A stretch of 64,000 bases of DNA from Actinomycetes bacterium (GTDB taxonomy: Bacteria; Actinomycetota; Acidimicrobiia; Spongiisociales; ZC4RG35): positions 12,853 through 76,852 of the forward strand of contig QGUS02000001.1 of NCBI GenBank assembly GCA_003242515.2. Reading direction: 5' to 3'. Of the stretch, positions 47,915 through 57,634 are shown piece by piece (within the stretch, counting starts at the first letter, position 1; each line of letters opens with the position of its first letter). Position numbers and translations under genes: made by a program. The notes below the pieces were generated by a model, which was not told where the DNA came from, searched no databases, and saw only the letters and a program-made list of their open reading frames with translations.

Positions 47915-48754
47915 TCAAGCGGCGCGCTCCTTGAGCCGGTCCACCACGTCCCGCGAGACGTAGAGGTCTCCGTACCCCGTGCCGGGCTGCAGGCCGGGCT
48001 TGTAGTCGCCGTGGAAGTCCGACCCGCCGGTGGGGACGAGGCCGAACCTCCTCGCCAGGTCCGCATAGCCCTCGCGCTCGTGGCGGTGGTAGCCGCCGTA
48101 GATCGCCTCCAGCCCGACGAGCCCGGCGTCGACCAGCTCGTGGAGCAGCTTCGACATGTCGGCCGCGGTGGTGATCCCCAGGGTGTGAGGGTGGGCGAGC
48201 ACCGGGACGCCGCCCGACCGTCGGGCGAGGTCGATGGCCTCGGCAGGGGCGAGGCGGGGGCGCTCCACGTAGGCGGGCCTGCCCCGGGCCAGCCACAACT
48301 CGAAGGCCTGGGCGATGCTGGCCACGTACCCCTTCTGCATCAACAGGGCGGCGATGTGGGGCCGCCCCACCGTGCCGCCGCCGGCCTGCGCGGCGAGCTC
48401 CTCGGGGGTGATCTCGATCCCGTGGCGGCTCAGGGCATCGAGGATGGCCCGGTTGCGCTCGTCCCTCCCGTCGCGCAGCCACTCCAGCCGGTCCTGCAGC
48501 GGGCCGGGACCAGGCTCCAGCCAGAGGACGAGGAGGTGCATCCCACCGTCGAACTCCAGGGAGAGCTCGGTCCCCGGGATCAACTCGACGCCGAGTCGCT
48601 GCGCGGCCTCACGGGCCTCGTCGATGCCGTCGAGGGTGTCGTGGTCGGTGAGGGCCACCGTCTCCAGGCGCTGCCGGGCCACCAGCTCGACCAGCTCGGC
48701 CGGAGTCAACGACCCGTCCGAAGCGGTGGAGTGGAGGTGGAGGTCGATGGCCAT
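47915..48754 (-). CDS. PHP-domain metal-dependent phosphoesterase (TrpH/YciV-like)
   Basis: DLHLHSTASDG, TDHD, GRPHIA, LAHP, GGSDFHG. Confidence 0.92.
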   Translation of the reverse strand: MAIDLHLHSTASDGSLTPAELVELVARQRLETVALTDHDTLDGIDEAREAAQRLGVELIPGTELSLEFDGGMHLLVLWLEPGPGPLQDRLEWLRDGRDERNRAILDALSRHGIEITPEELAAQAGGGTVGRPHIAALLMQKGYVASIAQAFELWLARGRPAYVERPRLAPAEAIDLARRSGGVPVLAHPHTLGITTAADMSKLLHELVDAGLVGLEAIYGGYHRHEREGYADLARRFGLVPTGGSDFHGDYKPGLQPGTGYGDLYVSRDVVDRLKERAA

Positions 48755-48865
48755 GCGCCGTCCATGATGCCCTTCTCGAGGAACTCGTACCGGGTACCTG
48801 GAGTCCTCGTCCGGTCGTCGGGTACTCACCACCCCGGTACCGCTCCCGACGCGGAGCGGTGGGAG

Positions 48866-49648
48866 CTACTCGACGGTGATCGTCACCGACTCGATGTAGA
48901 TGGTCTCCAGCGGGAGGCTCTGCTCCGCGGCGCCGGGGGCCCTGGTCCGACCGATGGAGAGGATCTCGTCGATGACGTCCTGGCCGGAGACCACCTTGCC
49001 GAGGACGTTGAACGACCGGGTCATCCGGCTGCCGCCCACCTCGGAGACGACGATGAAGAACTGCGAGCCCGTGGTCCGGGGGCCGCGGTTGGCCATGGCG
49101 ACGATCCCCGGCTCGTAGGTGAAGCCGGCCGGTGGCCGCTCGTCGGGGATCGTGTACCCGGGGCCGCCGGTGCCGTCGGCGTTGGGGTCGCCGCCCTGGA
49201 TCACCCATTCGGGGTTGACCCGGTGGACGGCGGTGCCGTCGTAGAAGCCCTGCCGGGCCAGGAAGACGAACGAGTTCACCGTCTCCGGGTAGCCCGCCGG
49301 GTCGAGCTCGATGACGATGTCGCCGCACGAGGTGGCGATCGTGGCCGTCACCGTGGATTGGGCCGTGATGTCGGCCTGCCGCTCGGGCTCGTCGAAGGTC
49401 ATCGGGGTGAGCGCCGGCGGCTGGGCGGCGCCACACGCGGTGGGCTGCGCCCGGAGGTTCTCGTAGGCGGTGGCCTGGGGCGTGCGGTTGGAGAAGAGGC
49501 TGAAGAGGACGATCACGCCCACGACCACGAGGCCGAAGACGAAGGCGCTGCCGATGCGGCGGGTCACCTCCTGACGACGCTCGGCCTTCTTCTCCTCCTC
49601 GCGCTTCTGGGCGCGGAGTTCCTTCTGACGCTGGCGACGGTCGGTCAT
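48866..49648 (-). CDS. Membrane-anchored cyclophilin-type peptidyl-prolyl isomerase
   Basis: Basic N-terminus plus TM helix; FYDGTAVHR, IQGGDP..GTGGPGY, AMAN.G..TTGSQFFI. Confidence 0.93.
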   Translation of the reverse strand: MTDRRQRQKELRAQKREEEKKAERRQEVTRRIGSAFVFGLVVVGVIVLFSLFSNRTPQATAYENLRAQPTACGAAQPPALTPMTFDEPERQADITAQSTVTATIATSCGDIVIELDPAGYPETVNSFVFLARQGFYDGTAVHRVNPEWVIQGGDPNADGTGGPGYTIPDERPPAGFTYEPGIVAMANRGPRTTGSQFFIVVSEVGGSRMTRSFNVLGKVVSGQDVIDEILSIGRTRAPGAAEQSLPLETIYIESVTITVE

Positions 49649-49727
49649 GCCCCGCCGACTTTAGGTGCAGGCCCGGCGGAAAGCCGATGCGGCTGAACAG
49701 GTCGGAGAGTGCGCGAAACTGTGCCCG

Positions 49728-50966
49728 ATGCCGGTTGTCGTTCAGAAGTACGGGGGCACGTCGGTCGCCGATCCGGAGCGGATCACGAGGGTTGCCGATC
49801 GCATCCGTGAGACCAGGGAGAAGGGAAACGATGTCGTCGTGGTGGTCTCGGCCATGGGCCACACCACCGACGAGCTGCTCGAGCTCGCCGCCCAGGTGAG
49901 CGACAACCCGCCGCGGCGTGAGCTCGACATGCTGTTGAGCACCGGCGAGCGCATCTCCATGGCCCTCCTCGCCATGGCGCTGGAGGCCCGCGGGGTGCCT
50001 GCCGTCAGCTACACCGGCTCGCAGGCGGGTGTCCTCACCAACTCGATGCACGGCGAGGCCCGCATCACGAAGATCACCGGTGAGCGGGTCCGCCAGTCCC
50101 TGGAAGAGGGGAAGGTCGTCATCGTCGCCGGGTTCCAGGGCGTCGACCCTGTCACCAAGGAGATCACGACCCTCGGCCGGGGCGGCTCCGACGCCACCGC
50201 CGTCGCCCTGGCCGCGTCCCTGGGGGCCGACCACGTCGAGATCTACACCGACGTCGATGGGGTGTACACCGCCGATCCCCGCATCGTCCCCGTGGCCCAG
50301 AAGCTCGACGAGCTCGGCTTCGACGAGATGCTCGAGATGGCCGCGTCCGGCGCCGGCGTCCTGATGACCCGCTCCGTCGAGATCGGCCGCCGCTACGACC
50401 TGCCGATCCACGTCCGGTCGTCGTTCCACGACGGCGAGGGGACCTGGGTCCGTGACTCGGAGGTCATGGAGCAGGCGATCGTCTCCGGCATCGCCCACGA
50501 CCGCTCCGAGGTCCGGTTCACCGTCTCCGGCGTGCCCAACCGTCCCGGCATCGCCGCCCGGCTCTTCGGCGCCCTGGCCGATGCCCGGATCGTGGTCGAC
50601 ACCATCGTCCAGAACATCGCCCACGACGGCACCGCCGACATCTCCTTCACCGTCCCCAAGGCGGCCGTCGCCGAGGCGGAGCGGATCACCAAGGAGGTCG
50701 GTGACGAACTCGGAGCCACCGTGGAGCTGGACCACGGCATCGGCAAGGTCTCGATCATCGGCGCCGGCATGAAGTCCCAGCCGGGGGTGGCCGCCCTCAT
50801 GTTCCGCACGCTCGCCGGCCTGGGCATCGACATCGAGATGATCTCGACCTCGACGATCCGCATCACCTGTGTCATCCGGGCCGACCGGATCGACGAGGCC
50901 GTGGCCGCATTGCACGAGGCCTTCGGGCTCCAGGACGGCCCGAACCGGCAGGAAGGAGAGTCGTGA
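49728..50966 (+). CDS. ask: Aspartate kinase (alpha subunit; beta subunit from internal start 50466)
   Basis: [35 protein letters not shown], two ACT domains. Confidence 0.96.
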   Translation: MPVVVQKYGGTSVADPERITRVADRIRETREKGNDVVVVVSAMGHTTDELLELAAQVSDNPPRRELDMLLSTGERISMALLAMALEARGVPAVSYTGSQAGVLTNSMHGEARITKITGERVRQSLEEGKVVIVAGFQGVDPVTKEITTLGRGGSDATAVALAASLGADHVEIYTDVDGVYTADPRIVPVAQKLDELGFDEMLEMAASGAGVLMTRSVEIGRRYDLPIHVRSSFHDGEGTWVRDSEVMEQAIVSGIAHDRSEVRFTVSGVPNRPGIAARLFGALADARIVVDTIVQNIAHDGTADISFTVPKAAVAEAERITKEVGDELGATVELDHGIGKVSIIGAGMKSQPGVAALMFRTLAGLGIDIEMISTSTIRITCVIRADRIDEAVAALHEAFGLQDGPNRQEGES

Positions 50967-51976
50967 GCCGCACGGTCGCAGTCGTCGGCGCCACCGGCGC
51001 GGTGGGCCGGACGATGATCTCGATCCTCGAGGAGCGCCGGTTCCCCGCCGACCGCATCCGCCTCTTCGCCTCGTCGCGCTCCGCCGGGACCAGGGTGGAG
51101 ACGGTCTGGGGGCAGGTGGAGGTGGAGGACCTGGCCACCGCCGACCCGTCGGGCGTCGACATCGCCCTCTTCTCCGCGGGTGGTGACCGGTCCAGGGAGC
51201 ACGCCCCGCGCTTCGTCGAGGCCGGCGCCGTGGTGGTGGACAACTCGTCGGCCTTCCGCGGGGACCCGGAGGTCCCGCTCGTGGTCGCCGGGGTCAACGA
51301 CCATGCCGTCGAGTCCCACCGCGGGCTGATCGCCAATCCGAACTGCTCGACGATGACGCTGATGATGGCGGCGGGCCCCCTGCACCGGGCCGCCGGACTG
51401 GTCTCGATGGTGGCCGTCACCTATCAGTCGGTCTCCGGCTCCGGGCAGAAGGGCATCGACGAGCTGGTCGAGCAGACCGACCTGCTCCGCCCCGACGTCG
51501 AGCTCCTCGCCGACGGCACCGGCCCCGAGGTCCCGGCCCGGGTGTACCCGAGGCCGATCGGCTTCAACGTCCTCCCGTTCGCCGGGTCGCTGTCGGGCGA
51601 CGAGGGCTACACGGACGAGGAGCTGAAGCTCGTCAATGAGTCCCGGAAGATCCTCGAGGTCCCGGACCTGAAGGTGGAGCCGCACTGCGCCCGGGTGCCG
51701 GTGCTGGTGGGTCACGGCGTCTACGCCACGATGTGGTTCTCCCGCCCGATGAGCGTCGAGGAGGCGACCACCGTGCTGTCCGACGCTCCCGGCCTCGAGC
51801 TGTGGACCGACAAGATCCCGACGCCCCAGGACGCCGCGGGCCGCGACGAGGTGCTGGCCGCACGGGTGCGACCCACCCTGGGCGCGCCGGGCGGCATCAA
51901 CTTGTGGGTGGTCGGCGACAACCTGCGGAAGGGCGCCGCCCTGAACGCCGTGCAGATCGCCGAGCTGCTGGCCTGA
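50963..51976 (+). CDS. asd: Aspartate-semialdehyde dehydrogenase
   Basis: [40 protein letters not shown]. Confidence 0.96.
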   Translation: MSRTVAVVGATGAVGRTMISILEERRFPADRIRLFASSRSAGTRVETVWGQVEVEDLATADPSGVDIALFSAGGDRSREHAPRFVEAGAVVVDNSSAFRGDPEVPLVVAGVNDHAVESHRGLIANPNCSTMTLMMAAGPLHRAAGLVSMVAVTYQSVSGSGQKGIDELVEQTDLLRPDVELLADGTGPEVPARVYPRPIGFNVLPFAGSLSGDEGYTDEELKLVNESRKILEVPDLKVEPHCARVPVLVGHGVYATMWFSRPMSVEEATTVLSDAPGLELWTDKIPTPQDAAGRDEVLAARVRPTLGAPGGINLWVVGDNLRKGAALNAVQIAELLA

Positions 51977-51979
51977 GCC

Positions 51980-52303
51980 TCAGCTCAGGCCGCCGCCGGA
52001 CTGCTCCAGTTCCCTGAGCGTCGCCCCGATCTTGCGGCGCAGGTAGGGGTTGGCGCCCCGGAACCCCAGCTCGATGGCGAACCTGGCGTCGTCGCTGATG
52101 TCCAGGACGATCTCCTCACCCTCGGCAAGGACGTGGAAGGAGCCGTCCGGACGGTCGGTGATGCGGATCTCGTCCTTGGTCCATTCGGCGATCTCGACGT
52201 CGCCCGCCACCACCTTGATGTGATCCCCGGTCAGGTCGACGACCACGTTGATCGGGGGTTCCTCGGTGCCCTCGATGCGAAGCTTCCCGTCGTAAGTGCC
52301 CAT
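51980..52303 (-). CDS. Hypothetical protein
   Basis: GGAGG RBS; 107-aa acidic, beta-rich ORF with typical GC3 codon usage. Confidence 0.7.
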   Translation of the reverse strand: MGTYDGKLRIEGTEEPPINVVVDLTGDHIKVVAGDVEIAEWTKDEIRITDRPDGSFHVLAEGEEIVLDISDDARFAIELGFRGANPYLRRKIGATLRELEQSGGGLS

Positions 52304-52408
52304 CGGTGCCTCCTTCCCGGCAGGTTACGGTCGGTGGCGTAAAGAAGGGTGAAACCCGTCCAACGGTCCCCCGGTGGGACGGGCCCGTCACCACGTATCG
52401 TGGCGCGG

Positions 52409-54919
52409 ATGAGCGGTGAGTCAAGACCCCTTTCCGGACTGACGCCTGACGAGGTGGCGCGCCGCAGGGAAGCGGGCCAGATCAACGTCGTGCCCGGCGG
52501 TCCCAGCCGCACGGTCGCCGAGATCTTCCGGGCGAACTTCCTCACCCTCTTCAACGCCCTCCTGGGCGGGCTGCTGCTGATCGTCCTCCTCGTCCTCCGC
52601 CAGCCGCGGGACGCCCTCTTCGGGTTCGTGCTGCTCTTCAACTCCCTGATCGGTTTCATCCAGGAGTGGCGGGCCAAACGGACGCTCGACCGGCTGGAGC
52701 TGCTCGCCGCACCGGCCGCCTCGATCATCCGGGAAGGGAAGGCCGAGGAGCATCCCGTGGAGGAGATCGTGGTCCACGACCTGATCCAGCTCCGGCCGGG
52801 AGACCAGGTGGTCGTGGACGGCGAGGTCGTGGTCTCCGAGGGCCTGGAGATCGACGAGTCGCTCCTCACCGGCGAGTCCGATCCCATCCACAAGGACGTC
52901 GGCGAGGAGGTGCTGTCGGGGAGCTTCGTCGCCGCCGGGTCCGGCGTGTACCGGGCCACCAAGGTGGGCGGTGACGCCTATGCCGCCCGGCTCGCCGCCG
53001 AGGGGAAGCGGTTCACCCTGGTCCGCTCGGAGATGCGGGAGGGCATCAACCGGATCCTCCTCGTGGTCAGCTGGCTGGTCGTGCCCGTCATGGTGTTGCT
53101 CCTCGCCAGCTCCCTGATGGCCGACCGGGGGTTACTGGAGGGTCTCCGCGCCGGGACTGCGGCCGGTATCGCCCTCGTGCCGCAGGGCCTCGTCCTGCTC
53201 ACCTCGATCGCCTTCGCCATCGGGACCATCAGGCTGGGAGTCCGGAAGGTGCTGGTCCAGGAGCTTCCGGCCATCGAGGGCCTGGCCCGGGTGGACACCG
53301 TCTGCTTCGACAAGACCGGGACCCTCACCAACGGGCGGATCACGGTCGAGGACGTGATCCGGCTGTCGGGCGACGACCCGTCCCCGGCCCTGGCCGCTCT
53401 CGCCGCCGCCGACAGCCACCCCAACGCCACCCTCCGGGCGGTGCGGGAGGCGTACCCGGAGCCGCCTGGGTGGGAGGTCGTCGAGGTCGTCCCGTTCTCC
53501 TCGGCCCGCAAGTGGAGCGGCGCCACCTTTGCCGGCCACGGCATCTGGGTGCTCGGGGCGCCCGAGGTGCTGGCGCCGACGGACGACCGGGTCATCGAGG
53601 CCTCCGCGCGGGAGGTGGAGGAGGGAAAGCGGGTGGTGCTCGTCGCCACCGCTGACGGCCTGGGTGGCGGGTCGGGCCCGCTCGCCGGCATCCGGCCGGT
53701 GGCGCTCCTGGTTCTCGCCGACCAGGTCAGGGACGACGCCGCCGAGATCCTCTCCTACCTCGCCGAGCAGGGCGTGAAGGTGAAGGTCATCTCCGGCGAC
53801 CATCCCCGCACCGTGGCCGCCATCGCCGCCGATGCCGGCCTCGACGTCACGGGGGTGGTGGACGCCCGGATGCTCCCCGAGGGCGGGCCCGAGCTGGAGC
53901 GGATGCTGGAGGAGAACCAGGTCTTCGGGCGGGTGCAGCCGCACCAGAAGCGGGAGATGGTGAAGGCCCTGCAGCGGATGGGCCATGTCGTGGCGATGGT
54001 GGGGGACGGGGTCAACGACGTCCTGGCGCTGAAGGACGCCGACATCGGCATCGCCATGGGCGGTGGCGCCTCGGCGTCGCGGGCGGTGGCGCAGATCGTG
54101 CTGATCGACGGGCAGTTCCAGGCCGTGCCGTACATCGTCGGCGAGGGGCGCCGGGTGGTGGCCAACGTGGAGCGGGTCGCCAACCTGTTCGTCACCTCAA
54201 CCATCTACGCCCTCGGCCTCTCCATCGCCTCGGTGATCTCGGCTCTGCCGTTCCCCTTCCTGCCCCGCCACCTGACCCTGGTGGGGAGCCTCACGGTCGG
54301 GATCCCGTCGTTCTTCCTGGCGCTCGCGCCGTCCCGTCAGCGGGCGAAGCCCGGGTTCGTCGGTCGCGTCCTCCGCTTCGCGGTCCCCACCGGGTTCCTG
54401 GCGACGGTGGCGACCTTCACCGGCTACCGGCTGGTGACGGAGGCCGGCGCCACCGCGGCGCAGGCGAGGACGGCCGCCACCATGATCCTCGGGGCTCTGG
54501 GCATGACCGCCATGGCCGTCGTGGCCCGCCCGCTGGTCCCGTGGAAGAAGGCGCTCGTGGCGGGGCTGGCCGCCATGTTCGTGCTGGCCTTCGCCCTCCC
54601 GGCGAGCCGCGAGTTCTTCGCCCTGGAGATCCCGTCGCTGCTGGAGGTGTTCGCCGTGATCGGCATCGCCGGCGTGACCGGGGTGCTGATCTTCCTGGTG
54701 CTGAGGGCGCTGGGCTGGGTGAAGTCGTTCCCCGCCCTGCGGGAGGCCCCCGTTCCGGCGGAGCTGAGGGGGTGGGGCCGGCTCAAGGCGAGGATCGTGG
54801 AGAAGTCCGGCTGGAACCGCTCGTTCCCCACCACCACGGAGATGAGCGTGGTCATCCCGCCGTCCCGGGGGGAGGAGCCGACCGACTCCCCGGAGGGTGA
54901 TCCATCGGGTGGTCGATAG
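52409..54919 (+). CDS. P-type cation-transporting ATPase (CtpE-like)
   Basis: DESLLTGES, VPQGL, DKTGTLT, SGD, MVGDGVND; PFPFLPRHL as in CtpE-type ATPases. Confidence 0.92.
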   Translation: MSGESRPLSGLTPDEVARRREAGQINVVPGGPSRTVAEIFRANFLTLFNALLGGLLLIVLLVLRQPRDALFGFVLLFNSLIGFIQEWRAKRTLDRLELLAAPAASIIREGKAEEHPVEEIVVHDLIQLRPGDQVVVDGEVVVSEGLEIDESLLTGESDPIHKDVGEEVLSGSFVAAGSGVYRATKVGGDAYAARLAAEGKRFTLVRSEMREGINRILLVVSWLVVPVMVLLLASSLMADRGLLEGLRAGTAAGIALVPQGLVLLTSIAFAIGTIRLGVRKVLVQELPAIEGLARVDTVCFDKTGTLTNGRITVEDVIRLSGDDPSPALAALAAADSHPNATLRAVREAYPEPPGWEVVEVVPFSSARKWSGATFAGHGIWVLGAPEVLAPTDDRVIEASAREVEEGKRVVLVATADGLGGGSGPLAGIRPVALLVLADQVRDDAAEILSYLAEQGVKVKVISGDHPRTVAAIAADAGLDVTGVVDARMLPEGGPELERMLEENQVFGRVQPHQKREMVKALQRMGHVVAMVGDGVNDVLALKDADIGIAMGGGASASRAVAQIVLIDGQFQAVPYIVGEGRRVVANVERVANLFVTSTIYALGLSIASVISALPFPFLPRHLTLVGSLTVGIPSFFLALAPSRQRAKPGFVGRVLRFAVPTGFLATVATFTGYRLVTEAGATAAQARTAATMILGALGMTAMAVVARPLVPWKKALVAGLAAMFVLAFALPASREFFALEIPSLLEVFAVIGIAGVTGVLIFLVLRALGWVKSFPALREAPVPAELRGWGRLKARIVEKSGWNRSFPTTTEMSVVIPPSRGEEPTDSPEGDPSGGR

Positions 54920-54947
54920 GCCGGGCCGCGCCTAGGATTCGTCCATA

Positions 54948-55021
54948 CGGGACGTGGCGCAGTTTGGTAGCGCGCAGCGTTCGGGACGCTGAGGTCGTGG
55001 GTTCAAATCCCGCCGTCCCGA
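54948..55021 (+). tRNA. tRNA-Pro (CGG)
   Basis: CGGGACG/CGTCCCG acceptor stem; CAGCG-TT-CGG-GA-CGCTG anticodon arm; GTTCAAA T-loop. Confidence 0.97.
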
Positions 55022-55031
55022 CTCAGGACAG

Positions 55032-55056
55032 GAAGGCCGCCCTCCGGGCGGCCTTC
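55032..55056 (+). terminator. Hairpin after tRNA-Pro
   Basis: GAAGGCCGCCC-TCC-GGGCGGCCTTC, perfect 11-bp stem. Confidence 0.75.
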
Positions 55057-55106
55057 ATCGTTTGCCGTTCGGCCGGGGCCGCTCTCAGGCTCCCTACCAT
55101 TGGGAA

Positions 55107-56387
55107 ATGGCAACCGTTGGCATCGGCCTGGCCGGAGCGGGCAACGTCGGTGGAGCGCTCGCCCGCCGCCTGATCGAAGACCGCGAGGCGATCCGGGAGA
55201 AGACCGGTCTCGACCTCGAGTTGCGGCGTGTCGCCGTGCGCGACGCCACCCGGGACCGTGGCATCCCGGCCTCCCTCATCACCACCGATCCGCTCTCGCT
55301 CGTAGCCGACGAGGGTGTCGACGTCGTGGTCGAGCTGATGGGTGGCACCGGCGTCGCCGCCGAACTCGTGGTCTCCGCACTCCGCGCCGGCAAGCCCGTG
55401 GTCAGCGCCAACAAGGAGCTGGTCGCCGCCCGCGGCCCCGAGCTGATCGGGATCGCCGCCGGGGCCGGCGTCCCGTTCCTCTTCGAGGCCGCCGTGGGTG
55501 GGGGCATCCCCATCATCGCCCCGCTCATGGAGTCCCTCGCCGGCGAACCGATCCGCCGAGTGATGGGCATCGTCAACGGGACCACCAACTACATGCTCAC
55601 CGCCATGAGCGAGACCGGCGCCGGGTATGCGTCCGTCCTCGCCGAGGCCCAGGCCCTCGGCTACGCCGAGGCCGACCCCACCGCCGACGTCTCCGGCATG
55701 GACGCCGCCTCCAAGGCCGTGATCCTCGCCGGTCTGGCGTTCGGCCGGTGGGTCAGCCCGTCCCTCGTCCACCGCGAGGGCATCGATCGTCTGACCCCCG
55801 AGGACTTCGCCGCCGCCGCCCGGCTCGGCTGCACGATCAAGCTCCTCGCCGTCGCCGAGGACACCCCGGGCGGGGTGGTGGTGCGGGTGCACCCGACCAT
55901 GATCCCGCTGTCCCACCCTCTGGCGTCCGTGCGCGGCGCCACCAACGCCATCTACATCGAGGGCGCCGCCGTCGGGCAGCTGCTCTTCTCCGGCCCCGGC
56001 GCCGGCGGCATGCCCACCGCCACCTCGGTGCTCGGGGACACCATCTCCGCCGCCCGCGCCATTCTCGCCCCGTCGGTGGGTGCGCCGCCGCTGCAGGTGG
56101 AGTCCGCCGACCCCGGCGACTTCGGCTCCCTGGAGACCCAGTGGTGCCTCCGGATCGAGGTGACCGATGCCCCCGGCGTCCTGTCCCAGATCGCCGGCGT
56201 GTTCGGGTCGCTCGGCGTCTCCATCAAGTCGGTCCGCCAGGACGGGCGCGGCGACTCGGCGACGCTGCTCATCGTCACCCATGCCGCCCCCGAGGCCGCC
56301 CAGGCCAAGGCCCACCGGGAGCTGGTGGGCCTGTCCTGCGTCCGTGAGGTCGCCTCGGCGATCCGCCTCGAGGGCGACGAGGGCTAG
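55107..56387 (+). CDS. hom: Homoserine dehydrogenase
   Basis: GAGNVG, VVSANK, FEAAVGGGIP, NGTTNY, GPGAG..PTA, C-terminal ACT domain. Confidence 0.96.
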   Translation: MATVGIGLAGAGNVGGALARRLIEDREAIREKTGLDLELRRVAVRDATRDRGIPASLITTDPLSLVADEGVDVVVELMGGTGVAAELVVSALRAGKPVVSANKELVAARGPELIGIAAGAGVPFLFEAAVGGGIPIIAPLMESLAGEPIRRVMGIVNGTTNYMLTAMSETGAGYASVLAEAQALGYAEADPTADVSGMDAASKAVILAGLAFGRWVSPSLVHREGIDRLTPEDFAAAARLGCTIKLLAVAEDTPGGVVVRVHPTMIPLSHPLASVRGATNAIYIEGAAVGQLLFSGPGAGGMPTATSVLGDTISAARAILAPSVGAPPLQVESADPGDFGSLETQWCLRIEVTDAPGVLSQIAGVFGSLGVSIKSVRQDGRGDSATLLIVTHAAPEAAQAKAHRELVGLSCVREVASAIRLEGDEG

Positions 56388-57634
56388 GTCGACCTGATCT
56401 CGGCCGCCCGGGCGTGGGCCTCCAGGCCCTCGAGCCGGGCCAGCAGCGCCGTGTCGGCGACCAGCGTCTCGGGCTCGTCCAGCCGCATCCAGGTCGGCGA
56501 CCGGAGGTAGGTGAACACCGACAGGCCCGACTGGAACCGCGCCCCGCCTCCGGTGGGCAGCACGTGGTTCGGGCCGGCCCCGTAGTCGGCGAACGCCTCC
56601 GCCGAGCCCGCACCGGTGAAGAGCGACCCGTAGTTCCTCAGCCGCGTCCCGACGCCCTCCGGGTCGGCGACGTGGATGGCCAGGTGCTCCGGGGCCAGCC
56701 GGTCGCAGACCGCGATGCCCTCGTCGACGCCGCCGACCAGCACGCAGTAGCCGTTGCCCAGCGCGGCACGGGCCACCTCGGAGGTCGGCAGGTCGGCGAG
56801 CTGGCGCTCCAGCTCGGCTTCGACGGCCGCGGCCAGGGCAGCGGAGTCGGTGACCAGGCCGGGGATGGCGTCGGTGTCGTGCTCGGCCTGTGCCAGGAGG
56901 TCGGCGGCCACCAGGGCGGGATCCGCTGACCGGTCGGCCAGCACCAGGATCTCGCTGGGCCCCGCCAGCCCGTCGATGCCCACCTCGCCGTAGAGGTGCT
57001 TCTTCGCCGCGGTCACCCAGCGGTTGCCCGGCCCGGCGATGAGATCGGCGGGAGGGGTGAAGACCCCGAAGGCGAGGGCGGCGATGGCGTGGGCGCCGCC
57101 GATCGCCAGCAGCCCGTCGGCCCCCGCCACCCAGGCCGCGGCCATGGTGACCGGGGTGGGACGGGGGGAGGCCACCCAGACACCCTCGACGCCGGCCACC
57201 CGGGCCGGGACCACGGTCATCAGCACCGACGAGGGGAGCGGGTGGCGTCCGCCGGGCGCGTAGGCGCCCACCGTCTTCACCGGGATCCACCGGTGACCGG
57301 CGGCCCCGCCGGGGACCTCGACGGTGGCGTCGGACACCGCGGCCCTCTGTGCGGAGGCGAACGTCTCGATGCGCAGCGCCACCCGGCGCAGCAGCGCCGA
57401 CTGCTCCGGAGGCAGGCCGCGGAAGGCGTCCTCCAGGGTGGCTCGTTCCACGACGAAGGGGGCGTCGAACGCCGGGATGTCACCGAACTGCTCGGCGTAC
57501 CACCGCACCGCCCGCTCGCCCTCGCGGCGCACCGACTCGACGATCTCGGCGGCGCCGGACAGGGTGTCGTCGTCCACCGGGCGGCGGCGCCCGGTGAGGA
57601 CCTCGTCCGGGTTGATCCGTCTCAGCATGGTCAT
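56384..57634 (-). CDS. hisD: Histidinol dehydrogenase
   Basis: YAPGG..PLPSSVLM, GPGN, AGPSE, QAEHD, APEHL, DYGAGPNHVLPT. Confidence 0.96.
   Translation of the reverse strand: MTMLRRINPDEVLTGRRRPVDDDTLSGAAEIVESVRREGERAVRWYAEQFGDIPAFDAPFVVERATLEDAFRGLPPEQSALLRRVALRIETFASAQRAAVSDATVEVPGGAAGHRWIPVKTVGAYAPGGRHPLPSSVLMTVVPARVAGVEGVWVASPRPTPVTMAAAWVAGADGLLAIGGAHAIAALAFGVFTPPADLIAGPGNRWVTAAKKHLYGEVGIDGLAGPSEILVLADRSADPALVAADLLAQAEHDTDAIPGLVTDSAALAAAVEAELERQLADLPTSEVARAALGNGYCVLVGGVDEGIAVCDRLAPEHLAIHVADPEGVGTRLRNYGSLFTGAGSAEAFADYGAGPNHVLPTGGGARFQSGLSVFTYLRSPTWMRLDEPETLVADTALLARLEGLEAHARAAEIRST

Noticed and set aside
10250-50915. Many long overlapping ORFs (e.g. 10250..12487, 20714..23506, 25311..27686, 48609..50915)
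   Set aside because: High-GC shadow or antisense frames of well-supported genes, with no recognisable motifs.
52355-52392. DosR-like half sites upstream of the P-type ATPase
   Set aside because: The GGGAC/GTCCC halves have the wrong spacing or orientation; too weak to call.
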